DNA of 64,000 nucleotides from Dimorphilus gyrociliatus (Eukaryota > Animalia > Annelida). Below are positions 1 through 12,830 of this stretch, piece after piece. Every line of letters begins with the position of its first letter. Within the stretch, counting starts at the first letter, position 1. A program made the position numbers and the translations under genes. Under the pieces are notes generated by a model that saw only the letters and a list, made by a program, of their open reading frames with translations, ran no database searches and was not told the origin of the DNA. The DNA lies in assembly GCA_904063045.1 (NCBI GenBank), contig CAJFCJ010000001.1:2852001-2916000 (forward strand), written 5' to 3'.

Positions 1-482
1 ATTGGGTACATATTTCTACAAAGAATTTCAAGACTTCATATAATTTTAGTTTACTTGAGGGGAAATTATTGTATGTGGTCATTATACAGTATTTTTACAG
101 CAAAATATCCAATTGTTGACATAAGTTCGGGAATTCCTAACAATAACACCTAGGATAACAGTAACTATAAAAAGTCATTATTTAACAATTAATGTTAATA
201 TGGACAATGACTGATTATTAAGTATTGCGAGTAACGTACTATTTATGTGTGTAAAGTGAATAAAAAGAAGATTTTCCGTGTGTTCTGCTAGCCATATGCT
301 GAATAAACAAGGCAACCGTCGTTCCCCTTTCCCCTTTCCCCTCTAACATAATATAGGCGGTGAATTTTCTTCACAAAGCCCTCACAATATATCGTTGTCC
401 CGACCTACTCGTATTCTATATACGGGTTCATACGGTCTATAAGCCTAATTAATATTCGTACAATTTTATGTATTATACTTAC

Positions 483-2174
483 TCTTTTGGTATTATGCAG
501 CAATTATTCAACCTCGATCGCGGCCTAATACTGTCCGGAGAACAGGGATGACGATTGAATTTCGGGCAATTCACGTCCAGACATTTTTCGAATCCCTTCA
601 GAGAATCATCCGGAAGTGGATCTGTATAGGGAGGCAAATCGAATTTTGTCTATACTATTCATGGCCGATTATTAATGAGACGTCAGTGACTGACAAGAGC
701 CGTATATTTATATATCTTCAACTTTATAGACGTTATTTTTTATCCTCGTTTACCTACTAACTATATAAATTGTATTTATGGTTTTATATAGTATATATCG
801 TAGCCTCGTCGAGGATAGTAATAGCACTATATTTTTCTCTAAGACCCCGCCCGACGATTCTTATACATGTGGCTAACAGTTTGAATAATAAAAAGGGTAA
901 GTAATTAAAAATTGAGGCTAACGTCCGTTAATCGCTAGATTACGGGAATTTATCAAGCAATAACGCGTAGGACGAAAATATGTGGCTGAAAGCGCCCTTT
1001 TGTTGGATCAATCTTATTAATAAAAGAGGGGGTTGAGGAGTTATACGAGCAAGTGGGAGTAGGAACACCAAAAATCGACTTTGCTCTCTGGTCTTTTCAT
1101 CTTCCGTTTGACTTTAAACGGAAGTTGAGCCCCACCCAACAACAAATTATCATACTATACAGAGCCTTTTCTCTTTTTTTATTGAACAATAAAAGAACTT
1201 GCTAATTAGGGGTGAAACTTTTTAAATAAAGAGGTTAATCGATACTAAGCTGCACGTGTGATCAAACAGTAGTATATGTAATTACATACATAATCGATAT
1301 GCAATAACGCGCGCTCTCATCAATCATAAAAGCTGTTTACGGACGGCATACTAGAAATTCTTGTCAATCTCGCCGGTGCACCAAGTCAAATATTCAATAA
1401 AGCTGATAATGGATGATAGCGTACGGGATTTTTTATCTTATTAAAACAATTATACAAATTTTTTTAAAATGGATTATTGCTGTTTCCAAAACTGTCTTTC
1501 TCGTTAATCTCTACTTCTTTTACTTTACTTGCTATTCCAGCTATCTATCTCTATAATTTCTTTTCCTTTTTAGTCTTTCGCTATTAATCTTTTTTTATAT
1601 ACTTCTCTCTCTCCTACTCTTTGCCTTTCTCCTTCCCTGCCTATTTATCTCTCACTCCCTCTCTGTCTCTTGCTCTCTTTAGCTCGTTCGCTCTCTATCT
1701 ATCCCACTCGCCCACTCGCTTTCTCCTTTGTCTTCATCCTTCATTACTGCTTCCGTCAATCCCCCTTTTTTAAGGGGTAGAATTTATGAAGCTGACATAG
1801 ATTTTCTACAGCGATAACGCGATTTTCGCGTGATAGGCCTACATTTCACTTCTACTTTAGCCTAACGAGTGTTTGACGAATGACTCGACACATTCTATAA
1901 CTGGCTTAAGACGACGACAACCAAGAATAATCTATCGTTTTATTAAAAAAATTTCCTCTTATAAAATAAGAGTAATCCTACATAATTTTTGAACAAAACA
2001 CTTAAAAAGTCTGTATTATTATTTCCGGCGAAAAACCAACTACTATCGCTGTATACTGAAATGTACGATGATACGTAGGTACTAAAGTTGGTCCTTGAAA
2101 TCAATTGTTCTCACAGATAAAGTATTAAAAAATAACACCAATAAAGGAAAGTCAGGGAGAGAGATAAAGATAGA

Positions 2175-2205
<31 letters not shown>

Positions 2206-3740
2206 TAGGGGAAAGCAAATAGAGAAAAGAGCAACAAACATATTGAATTTCGATTTTTTTTTATGAGTTGTGAAAATAGCTAAAGAATTATGTTTAAATA
2301 TAAGAAATAATTTGATGAAATTTCGTTATTGAAATCTTAGTCTAGTAAATATTTCTTTTTTAAAAAAAAAAGGAAAAAAATAATATCCTATTCTTTCCTT
2401 TCTTCGTATTTCCTCTAGGCAAAAAAAAATAAATGCTTAACATATTTTCAAGCGGAGATCAATAATTGAAAAATCATTCTTGTAAGGGGAAGTTCGTGCT
2501 TGGAAGATTCGCACTTATTTGTTTTTCGGCAACAAATCAAAGAAAAGCGCTGTTTATGAGCTGGAATAATCTATGTCTTACAAGAATAAAAAGAAAATAA
2601 TCCGGTAAAATTTTGAAGCGAAAGATAGAAGATAAGTCTTTAAAAAAAAACAGCTTATTTTTATTGTTCGAACGTTTTGTTCTGAAAAAATACCTTCTAT
2701 TCAAAATGTTCTTCTTGTGGAACGTTTATGAATAAAGAATTCTTTTTTATTTTCTGACCGTATTAGCGTAATTCTTATCGCCTCATTGAGCTTAATTAAC
2801 TTATTACATTGACTTTAAATTACAGTTAATACTCTCTTATTAAATATTTTATATTTTCAAGAAAAAATATTGAATTATCTGGTAAGCAAACTTTTTAAAA
2901 CAAATTTCCGGTTAATTTCGTGTTTCGCTATATAAAATTGCTTGGAAATAAAGCACCTACATTCTTGAAAGTACACAGTATATAGCAGACTGATTCCACA
3001 AGGTTGATTCTTTAGCACTGCTGATTTATTTGTAACAAAGAATACTTAAATTCCATGAGCTCAAATAATCTGTCACCTATATAGAAATATAATCCCGTAA
3101 TTTTTAACCGCATACATAAAAAGCCTATATTGTTCTTGTGTAAACTGACGTTATCAGCGTGTTCTTTTAGCTAAAGTATGTGCCTTATTATTTCAAAAAT
3201 TTCTTTTTTTTTGTTCCCTAATAAAAAATTCTTTTAATTGGACTAAAACTTCTTTCTATACCCTTTTTCAATCTTTTCAACAGCTTTGAAAAGTAAAAAA
3301 GAATTGAGGGAAATATTATAATAATAACAATAACAATAACAATAATAATGATAATAATGATTATGGTAGGGCCACACGCACTTTTAAAAAAATACATTCC
3401 TTTTTAAATAAGAAAAAAATAAGAGAAAAGCAGATTGTAGCATAACAGAGAAAAACGGTGCCTTACCGATGAGAACGCAGTGTCCTATCGCTTTATGCTT
3501 TAGGGCTTGAATGGGTTTACCACTCCGATCATCGATACAAATCGTATTTTTTCCACAATCTTCTTGTTTCAAACACCTGTATTTCACATTTTTTGGAGCG
3601 CAAATCAGACAGCAATTGCATTCGTCGTAAACCAATTGCGTATGACAAAGATTGACTGGCTTGCATTTTTCTGCTAAACATACATCGCAACTTGCAGTCG
3701 TCCGATGGACAAGAATCAAAAGTAAACCTATAAGTATCAT
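483..3740 (-). CDS. CRIM1: CRIM1-like cysteine-rich secreted/membrane protein, 5' part (continues left of 483)
   Basis: Exon 1 3740-3467: signal peptide MILIGLLLILVHRTTAS plus IGFBP-like module (CDVCLAEKC...ECNCCLICA...GHC), phase-1 donor G|GTAAGG. Exon 2 621-483 (not in ORF track; acceptor cctatacag|, donor GA|GTAAGT) reads DPLPDDSLKGFEKCLDVNCPKFNRHPCSPDSIRPRSRLNNCCIIPK. This resembles, from memory, CRIM1 DDQLLGFKPC and its CxxxxCP...CPxDS...CC repeats. Confidence 0.7.
2182..2205. repeat. (GA)n microsatellite; a CT-rich tract also lies at about 1590-1730
   Basis: Direct reading: gagagagagagagagagagagaga. Confidence 0.95.
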
Positions 3741-4229
3741 GTTCGAACATTTCGAATCAATTCGATCATTTCTTGCGCAAAGTTCGATGCGATCTGAAAT
3801 GATTTGGCGCTCAAGTTGCAGTGCATTAATACTATGCAAGAACTCTCCAATAAACTTTGTGGTATTTCAAAATGGTGATGCTCATATCGCCACTTTAATA
3901 ATTTCGAAATAGTTTACGTCTGATTTAGAGAGCCAATCAGCTTTGCGTAGATTCAAATACAGATAAGGCCCGTGTTCCACTTCGACTTTTCCGGGAAAGA
4001 TTTCAAAATCGAACAGAGAAATCCTCTGGTTTTTGTTAATGTGAAGAAAGACAAATTCTACGATTATTATAGCATAAAGATATCGTAAATGTTTTAATTA
4101 GTCTCAGCAGAAATAATTACAAATTAACATAACAATCTGCAATTGAAGTCAAAAAACCATATGGAAAATATCACGGCTTGAATCTAATTTATAGCCAGTT
4201 CTTGAATTTCGAGCTACAAAAACAAACGA

Positions 4230-5068
4230 ATGAAATTTAAAAGACAAAAGTTAGTTAGTCATTTATTGCATGCTGTGACTACAATATTTATTCTTTACAC
4301 AATCTTATATTTCTGCGGTAAGTTTCGATTACGTAACGGGAATATTCTTTGTATATACAAAACATTATTCAAATAGAAAGCCCCGGAGATGAACCGTCAA
4401 GATCTATTTACGTATTCTCAGCCGTCATTACGACGATATTTTACTATATTCTGTGCTATAAGAATCCCGGTTTCGTTGCCTTGCAAGAAAATCAATTAAC
4501 CAGACAAGAAGCCGAACTTGTTCAAGAAGTGGACAAATCTTTTGAATATTGCGGCTTTTGTGGTCACAATAAGCCTTTACGAAGCAGGCATTGTGAAGCA
4601 TGCGGATTCTGCGTAAAAAAATTCGACCATCATTGCCCATGTTTGGGTCAATGTGTTGGTGAAAGGAACCATTCCTTTTTCATGGCCTATCTTATCGCCG
4701 AATCATTAATCATCGGGTGGACCATGTTGATTCTCTATCAGAATAGATGGCGACTATTAAAAGAACCTTGGGAAAACAATAACTTTTTGTTACTCGTATC
4801 GGCTGTCACCTGCTTTTTGCTGTTTATAATAACGAACTGCTTAGTTATTTTTCACACCATTCTTCTATTAAAGAATTTTACTACAAGAGAATTTTTAGAG
4901 AGGCATAAGGTGACATATCTTCGAAATAATCCAAAACAAAACCCATTCGACGAAGGTATATTTAAAAATATTTTACTCTGTATTCGACCACCAAGAGACA
5001 AATCCTACTGGTACAAAGTTTACACAAAAAATTTCAATGATAATAGCTTAGATCCTTTACTCGAATAA
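4230..5068 (+). CDS. ZDHHC12: DHHC palmitoyltransferase (ZDHHC12-like)
   Basis: Exon 1 4230-4317 (MKFKRQKLVSHLLHAVTTIFILYTILYFC, donor GTAAGT), exon 2 4377-5068. Contains CGFCGHNKPLRSRHCEACGFCVKKFDHHCPCLGQCVGERNH and flanking TM helices. Paralogue assignment is less sure than the family. Confidence 0.85.
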
Positions 5069-5154
5069 AAATTTTATATTCGCCTCTTTATCAAGTTTTA
5101 ATGTCTTTTTTTTTTTAAAAGAAATACAAAATCAGTTGAATTATAAATCTTCTT

Positions 5155-6328
5155 TTACTTTTTTTTTACTTTACCGTTCTTCTTTCCTTTTTTCTGGTTA
5201 CCGCCATACTTTGCTTCAAGATTCTTAAAAAAATCATCGGCCATATTTCCTCTTTGAGCGTTTCTAGCTAAAATTAATGAACTTAAATCGTCATCTTTTC
5301 CTTTTCTAATTTTCCTTAATTCCTCTTCAGCCTCGGCTGCTTCTTCTTCAGCTTTTCTTTTACGATTTTCTTTCTTCTTTTTTGATTCATTTGTGTATGA
5401 CTTAAAGGCCTTAACTTCTTTTGTTTTAATGAGATCATCTATTATTTTACGATATCTATCTTCATCATCGATAGTTGAACACATAACAGAATTCATTATT
5501 TCGTCCATATTCCCTTTATGTTCTATATAAGCCTTTTTAATGTCGGTTTTTTCTTCTTCCGATCCTTTATACTCTTTCTCAAAAGCAATTATATCTTCCT
5601 TTGTTAAGGGTTTAAATATTAATCTCCAATAATTTTCCCAATCGCGATTCTCATCAATAATAATATCTTCTCCATCAATCTCACCTGATTATTTAATAAA
5701 TAATTAACAACAGTGATTAGCTTCGTTTATAATCTTAACCTGTTTCGTCGTAAATTTTTCTCTTCTCTTTGTCAGACAGAATGGAATAAACTTTTCCGAG
5801 ATACTGAAATCTTTTTGTAGCCTCGGCTTTTCTTTCTTCGTCAACCCGATCAGGATGATACTTCAACGACGCCTTATGATATGCTTTCTTTACTATAAGA
5901 AAAATTAAAAATCCATGTAGTTGTACTTTTAAGGAAATCTTTGGATTGTAATAAAATCTGGGCGTTTTATATTTTTTATCTGTAAAAATAAGTTGCTGGA
6001 TTGCTCATTTTCAAAATATCCGGTCGATAGATTGACAAAGTGAGATATTGCACCTTCTTCACTAATAATATCAAATTATAGACTTATAAGTATAGCTATA
6101 TTTCAACATTTTATTTTTACATAGAATAAGAAAATGTATGAAAATTTAAGCGTTTATAAATTCTATAAAATTTTCTCAAGATAAAAATCTACATTATCGC
6201 CCACGAACATTTAAATTTAATAAATCAGACTAACGATTCGATTCAGATACTTTATCGTTGACATTTAATATTTCATATAAATTGTCATTGCCAAAGGTTT
6301 CTCTAAGTTCTTCGGCGAGATTACTCAT
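5155..6328 (-). CDS. DNAJC9: DnaJ homolog subfamily C member 9 (histone co-chaperone)
   Basis: Exon 1 from ATG 6328 ([23 protein letters not shown]); J-domain exon with [16 protein letters not shown]; C-terminal [13 protein letters not shown] followed by a Lys-rich tail. Confidence 0.92.
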
Positions 6329-6404
6329 AATTTAGGTTATTGGACAGTAAAATTTGAAGATATAGGTTGGTAGGGATTTCTTAATTGTTATTACACAAAT
6401 TAGT

Positions 6405-6549
6405 GGCGGGGAAGCCTTCACTTTTGCTTCCGGTCAAGGAAATAATTTGTTATTAACTTAAATATTTTAATTATGTTTGATTGCGTTGATTTTTTAAAAT
6501 TTTTAATAAGTACGAATAAGAAAATGATGTTTCCCTAGTGCGCATGCGT
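6405..6549. promoter_or_regulatory. Bidirectional promoter DNAJC9/WDR43 with NRF1-like TGCGCATGCG (6539-6548) and ETS-like CTTCCGG
   Basis: ATGs 6328(-) and 6572(+) are 243 nt apart; motifs read directly. Confidence 0.6.
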
Positions 6550-6571
6550 CCTATTTCACGTGTTTCAAGAA

Positions 6572-8972
6572 ATGGATTTGCGTACTAATTTTTCTCCTAA
6601 TCATAATTATCTAGCCTCTGCTTCTCATGATGGAGTATTAAAAATATATGATGTTGATACATCAACTATTAAACAGCAATATACACCCTCTGCGCACTTA
6701 ACAACAACTTGTACGTGCTTATCATGGGCACCGCGTGAAGTGACCGAGGTAGAAATTTACTAATTAAAGTCGTTTAATAATGACTTTTAATAACCTCTTT
6801 TTCATAATTCTATAGGAGGTAAGGGCGAAGAGACGAAAGAAGGTTGATATTGCAAACTCAAAGGATACAAATGACCTGTTTGCTTTTGGAACCTTGTCTG
6901 GTCAAGTTTTTATATATAGTGTAAAGAATGGTGAAATACAAGCAGAATTTGTAAGTGATATGAAATTTTTTACTAATGCCTTAACTAAAATTGGTTTATT
7001 TGCCCCCAGAATAAGGGTCATAATGCTAGAGTGAATTCAATATGTTGGTCGGAAGATGGTCAGTCTATATATTCTGGAAGTGATGATAAATTTGTTGTTG
7101 AATGGAACGCTTCCTCAGGCAAATTAAAGCGGTTTGTATATTTCATAGTTCAGCAAAAAAGTGATAAGGAGTCCTCTATATATAAACAACTAGATATGAA
7201 AAGATATACTGGGAAAAGTCGTCAAAATTAAATTTGTTATTGAATCAAGGCTAATCTCTGCAAAGAGAGAGAAGCAAAGAAATATCATTTAGTTAATAGT
7301 AGGCTATTACAAAAACTGTGAGCATCCGTCGTCTATCTGTTGGTGAAGAATCTAATCAGTAGGTTGAAAAAACATATTTGCAAATTAAAACCTTTATTGT
7401 GCCGTAAAAATTTGCAATAGTTCAAGGAGTTCATTATTATTAGCATATATATATAAATTTATATATATATATATATTTGTACTATAACAACGAGATTTTC
7501 TAATTGTAATTAAATTTCATAGAAAGTGGAAGGCGGAGAAGACGGGTGTTAAAGTTCTAACACTTTGTAAAGCCCATAGGAGACTTTTAACTGGTTCTAG
7601 AAGTATACATTTATGGTGTTTAGATACGGAAAAATTACTTAGAACTTTCTCCGCTCATTCCGGATCAATCAGCCATCTTGCCCCATTTTGTATGGATCAA
7701 GATAAATCTTATTTTTTATCATCAGCTAATGGTGATCGTTTAGTAAATATTTGGAATATAGACGATGAAAGACCAATAGCAACGATAACGGCAGCGAGCG
7801 AAATTCGAAGATTATCTGTTAATGAACGAGTTAATCCCATAATATTTACTATTGTAACTAATGATGGATGCGTATATTTATATGAAGCTGTGATTAATGG
7901 AACTTGCAAACCTTTAACATATTCTGTACATTTAACAATAGCGGCGGATGATGACGAAAATGTCTTACAGCAAATCGGAATTGTTGACGCAAATTTCACT
8001 GCTGCTAAGCGCCTTGTATTGGCCTACGGGTTGAATTATTTGACAATAGAGGAGCTGACCTATGCAGGATTGGAAAAAGAAACTGTTTTATCAAGAAAAT
8101 TACCTAAGAATGATTTGATCAAAGAAGGTACCTTTCGATTGGAAAAAGATGTTATTAGGAAAGGGAAACAAGTAGAAATTTTCGATAATTCAAATATGGT
8201 ATTAAAACGTGCCAACTTTGCTCATGAAACTTCCGAACTTTTAGGATCAAAAGACATTAATAAAGAAAAACCGACAGCTGACAATATGGCAATATTATTA
8301 ACACAAGCATTGAAATTTCAAGAAAAAAAGACTTTGAATTACATTTTGCAACAGAGAGACGAGGATATGATTAGAAAAACTGTTGAAAAAATTTCTTATT
8401 CAGCTGTAATTCCCTTAGTGAATGAGTTGATGGAGAGACTGTCAGGCAGAGCTCAAGGAGCAATTACGGCAATGGTGTGGATTAAAAGAGTTCTTTCAGT
8501 GCATATGAGTTACTTGATGAATTCAAAATCTGCAACAGATCTATTACAACCCCTTATCGATGTTCTTACGAACAGAGAGCAGATGCATACGAAACTATGC
8601 AGATTGCAGGGTAAAATTGATTTGGTTATTGCTCAAATTGCTTCTGCTAAACACGAAGATGACGAGGATGACGAGGAGAAGCCCGCCGGATTGGTCTACG
8701 ATGATGGTAGGTTATCGTTTAATAAAGGGAAGCAATTGAATTTTTTTGACTTATTATCCTTTTTTATAGATTCGTCGGATGAAGAGAATACTGCAGTTGG
8801 TATGCAATCAATGTCTCCCTTGAATAAACTAGATGATGAGGGAGATATGGAAGTAGATGATAACCATTTAGAGGACGAAAGTGATGAAAGCGAAGACGAG
8901 TGTATTGACGTTGATGAAGGTGATGACGACGATGAAGCTGATGACGATGATGATGACGATGAGGACGATTAA
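6572..8972 (+). CDS. WDR43: WD repeat protein 43 / Utp5 (SSU processome t-UTP)
   Basis: WD40 exons (FSPNHNYLASASHDGVLKIYD; YTPSAHLTTTCTCLSW), Utp12-type helical domain (LLTQALKFQEKKTLNYIL...KLCRLQGKIDLVIAQI), acidic C-terminal tail; intron about 8708-8769. Confidence 0.92.
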
Positions 8973-9327
8973 ATTCGGAGACTGTTCATTCTTGTTTGTT
9001 AATGAATCGTTAAAGTTTTTCATGTACAGAGGAACATTTTTGGAAATTTTGTTCGAATATACTGTGTAGTTAGTTACTATTTTTTCTAAATGAGTTTTTA
9101 AGTAAACGGCGCTCATAAGAAAAATGAAACTGTACGCCGATCTGATTCATTTATAAATGCTGAATTGTTTTCCTAAAGAATTTTTACGCCATAAAATAAT
9201 GTTCAAGTGTTCAACTTTATTCTTAAAACGAACAAAATTTCTCAAGAAAACATGAATAAAAAATTTAAAGCTAAACCAAAATATTGAACTAGAGTTGTTC
9301 TTTTAATTAAAACCACACTAAAACTTA

Positions 9328-11793
9328 TTAAATTAGATACTTTGAGAGTAAAAACGAAAAAAATGAGCCAGCTGTTAATCCCAGAGCTAGAAAGAAGGAC
9401 ATGAGAGCACCAGCAGTCTCTTCATCCTCCTCTTGAGCATTCATAGGTCCATACATCATACAAAGAGTTGATAAATATCCGTTAGTAAATGCAAACAATA
9501 CCATTATCACGGCTGGAGCAATATCATTATCAAAGTAAACATTCAGGTGTTGACGAGGTTGAAAGTTACAAAATATAAATAACGGTATAAAGATTATTCT
9601 TGAAACACTCAAAAAAGGTAACCAATTACTTCCAAATTTAGGCTAAAAATAATTTTTGTAATAAATATTCAAGTTAATTAATTAATTAATTAATTGTAAA
9701 ATTTATAATAATTATCTACCCATTGATAAAACCCGCATGTGGAACGACCAACTAAGTCGAATAGGTTAAATAATAAGAAGCATACAACTGGTGTAAAATA
9801 TTTATCTCTCCATTCGCTTTCGACTCGATTATTTTCCATTAAAGTATCATTTTGTCCAGGTGAATTTTTTATCGGTTGAATTGATGAACTGATGGCCGGA
9901 AAGCACGCAAGTGTAACAAAGAATGTTATTGAAACACTAGAAGCGTATTTAAAAATCTATATAATAAATAATAATTAAGATTTCTATATATATATATATA
10001 TATTAATATATATAAAGAGAGAGAATATAGCAAAAATTTACCATTCTATATACTCTCCATAATGGTGCACCAGTAGTTTTTGTAAAAGCAACATTACTTT
10101 TTGTATCGTTATCATTCGTTTCGTCTATACCATTAAAAGTGCTTGTTCTTAAAGATTTCTCTACAATTAATTAGAATAAATGAATATGTAAATTAACTAT
10201 TGAAATATTTAAAAAACTTAGTAAGTTTCACTTACTATCCGTATGGTATCTTGCAAATTTCTACAAAAATGGACAATCTCATAAGTTTCAAATATTATAT
10301 ATACTAATATATACATAAGTAAGTAACATACTAAACATGGTAGTATAAGATACGCCAAAAAAGCCAAAATAAGAACTATTAGAGCAATAGAAAAGTAGAA
10401 TAGGCCACTTTGTAGCGCGTCCTTTGTTGCAGCAATACTAATTATATTCGCTATTGCTGCCATAGTACCACCAAAACCCTGCCACAGAAGTTAATTTATA
10501 CATATATATTTATATGTCCATGTTATTATACATATTTATTCTATTAGTTAGTAAAATGAATTACTTGTCCCGCCATGACTGATTGCGAATATCTGGGTGG
10601 AAACATACTCGCTAAACCAAACACTCCTCCCTGCAAAACTGCACTTGCAGCTAATAGAAAACAAGCAAAGTTATTAAGATAATAATATTATTAATTATTA
10701 ACTACTTAACCATTCATTATGACAATGCATACAAGCGTTATAGCGAAAAATTCAACTTGCCCTATTAAAAGAGGTTATATGAGTTATAATTATATATAGA
10801 ATTGAATACATAACAGGAAATAACTTACACATATCAGTGTTCAAAAGGGCAAATACAATTGTCGAAGCGAATATCAATATCATTGTACACACTGCAATTA
10901 TTATGCGTATTTTTAACCTAATTCTGTTTGGAGAAAGATGATAAAAGATAAGAAAAAAACTCTCAGACATACAGATACAAATGTAATCCCTTTCCACTCC
11001 CCCCACCCTCCCCATCAGAAAAAAAAAACTTACAATCTCGTTGCAACAGTATTTAAAAACATAAAAAGAACATTTGGAAGCATTGCAGCAACGGCCAAAT
11101 AACTTTCAAATGAAACTTGAAAATCCGTTTCATATTCTGGTTTAATGTATTCGGTAAAATTCTTTGGTAATGTGATGTTTCTTAATTTATACATAAAATA
11201 CTGAAAAAAAACAATATTAATTATGAATATATTTGAATAAAGCCTATTATGTATCAATAACAATAATTACTACTTGACTTTTTATCTTAGTTCAATGACT
11301 GAAGAGTTATGTCTTATCAGTTATAGGTTATCTTTTAATTATTTAGGGCTTATATAGGTTATACAAGTATATAGAACATAACTATATATATATATATTAA
11401 TATATAATACGTTTATATGTTAAGTAATAGAACTATAAGTATACTTTATATACAGTAAATAATTAAATATTTGTTTATAGGCCTGGATACTAGTCCCCTC
11501 GTTACGTAATCAAAAGTAAAAAGAGCAAAAACATGAGAAAAAACGGAATACATACGTGTTTTCCATTGATAAAAAAGTTCCATGGTAGCAGAGTACCAAT
11601 CCCTAATAAATAGAATATAGCATAGACGATTTTTAATCTGAAAAGTCGAAATATTAGGAGTAGGTATTGAGGGATTAATTCATTACATCTCTATTAATTT
11701 ATAGTTCAATTTGATTTCTTACCGATCTTTTGGAACTCCTATAGCACCTTTCCTAGGTAGAAGGGACGTGGACTCTTGATCTGAATCGTACAT
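9328..11793 (-). CDS. SLC29A1: Equilibrative nucleoside transporter (ENT1-like)
   Basis: Exon 1 ATG 11793 (MYDSDQESTSLLPRKGAIGVPKDR), then LKIVYAIFYLLGIGTLLPWNFFI, SFESYLAVAAMLPNVLFMFLN, and final FAFTNGYLSTLCMMYGP...TAGALMSFFLALGLTAGS. Family sure, paralogue not. Confidence 0.9.
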
Positions 11794-12553
11794 ATTTATT
11801 TAAAGCTAAATACTTCTGTTTCTATACATCGTATTAAACTCAAGGCTCTTTCAGTAGGTACATACTGAAAGTGGACAATTGGACACGAAAACGAGGCTAG
11901 ATTTGGCGCCAATTAAAAATTCAAATTACTCTAATATAAGACACTGTGTATTTTTTAGTCCTATACTTCTGGAACTACGCACTTTTATATAACGATATGA
12001 TAAATTGTACTCTATTTTCTGTGGTCTTATTGTTATTCATATTACATTCATATCAAAATTATTACATAATAATGTTTACAAAGCCTCCTTTATATAAAAA
12101 ATTGATCCTTGAACGTAACGATAATAAGAGATTATTGATAGCCTTCTATCAAGGATAAAAGAGTAATTTATTAAGAGATTAATAAAAAAGGATAAGATAA
12201 TCCTATGCAAAATTGGTTTAAATCTTATCAATTTTCATATAAAATAAGTTTTATTTCCATTTCTTTTCCTCCTTTTGAACTTGACTCCATTGTCATTTAT
12301 GATTAGAAAGCTAATAGACTAGATTGGCATATAGATAGTTAGATATTAATAAATGCTATATATATATATATATATTTAATAGTGAAGTTTTATTACATGT
12401 ATTAATTTAAAATTGTTGAAAAATTTGGATATTTTCAATAGCATTTTTAACTTTAATAGATCCATAGAACCTTTTTTCATGACCAAAATCAATATTTGTA
12501 ATAGAAAAATACATTCAAAGAATTCTAAAAGGTCTTCAACACGAGATATAAAA

Positions 12554-12556
<3 letters not shown>

Positions 12557-12591
<35 letters not shown>
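12557..12591. repeat. (AT)n microsatellite; similar tracts at about 55780-55810 and 56134-56163
   Basis: Direct reading. Confidence 0.95.
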
Positions 12592-12594
<3 letters not shown>

Positions 12595-12830
12595 TATATA
12601 CTATATACTTATTTATATACTGTATATAGTGTTTATATGTAAATATATAGAATGGATTGAATCCGAATGAATGTACTATTTAATAATTGTAATAATGGAA
12701 TCTAAGAGCCATCAATCACTCTAAAAGGCAATTTTTAACAATTGACTAAAAGTATGGCAAAAAGTCTCGTGTTGAAAAAAGCCTTTAATGTTTTTATAGA
12801 TTGTTTACATAGTTTAAACATTTTTTTGTA

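Noticed and set aside
548-760. 70-aa plus-strand ORF
   Set aside because: Antisense shadow of the CRIM1-like exon 2 on the minus strand; similar shadow ORFs include 3652-3912, 7709-7999, 15702-16196, 22580-22846 and 63163-63561
5896-6232. Long DNAJC9 intron 1 with GTGAAGA and a GGAT/ATCC stem, as a snoRNA candidate
   Set aside because: No D box with a recognisable guide and no convincing two-hairpin H/ACA layout
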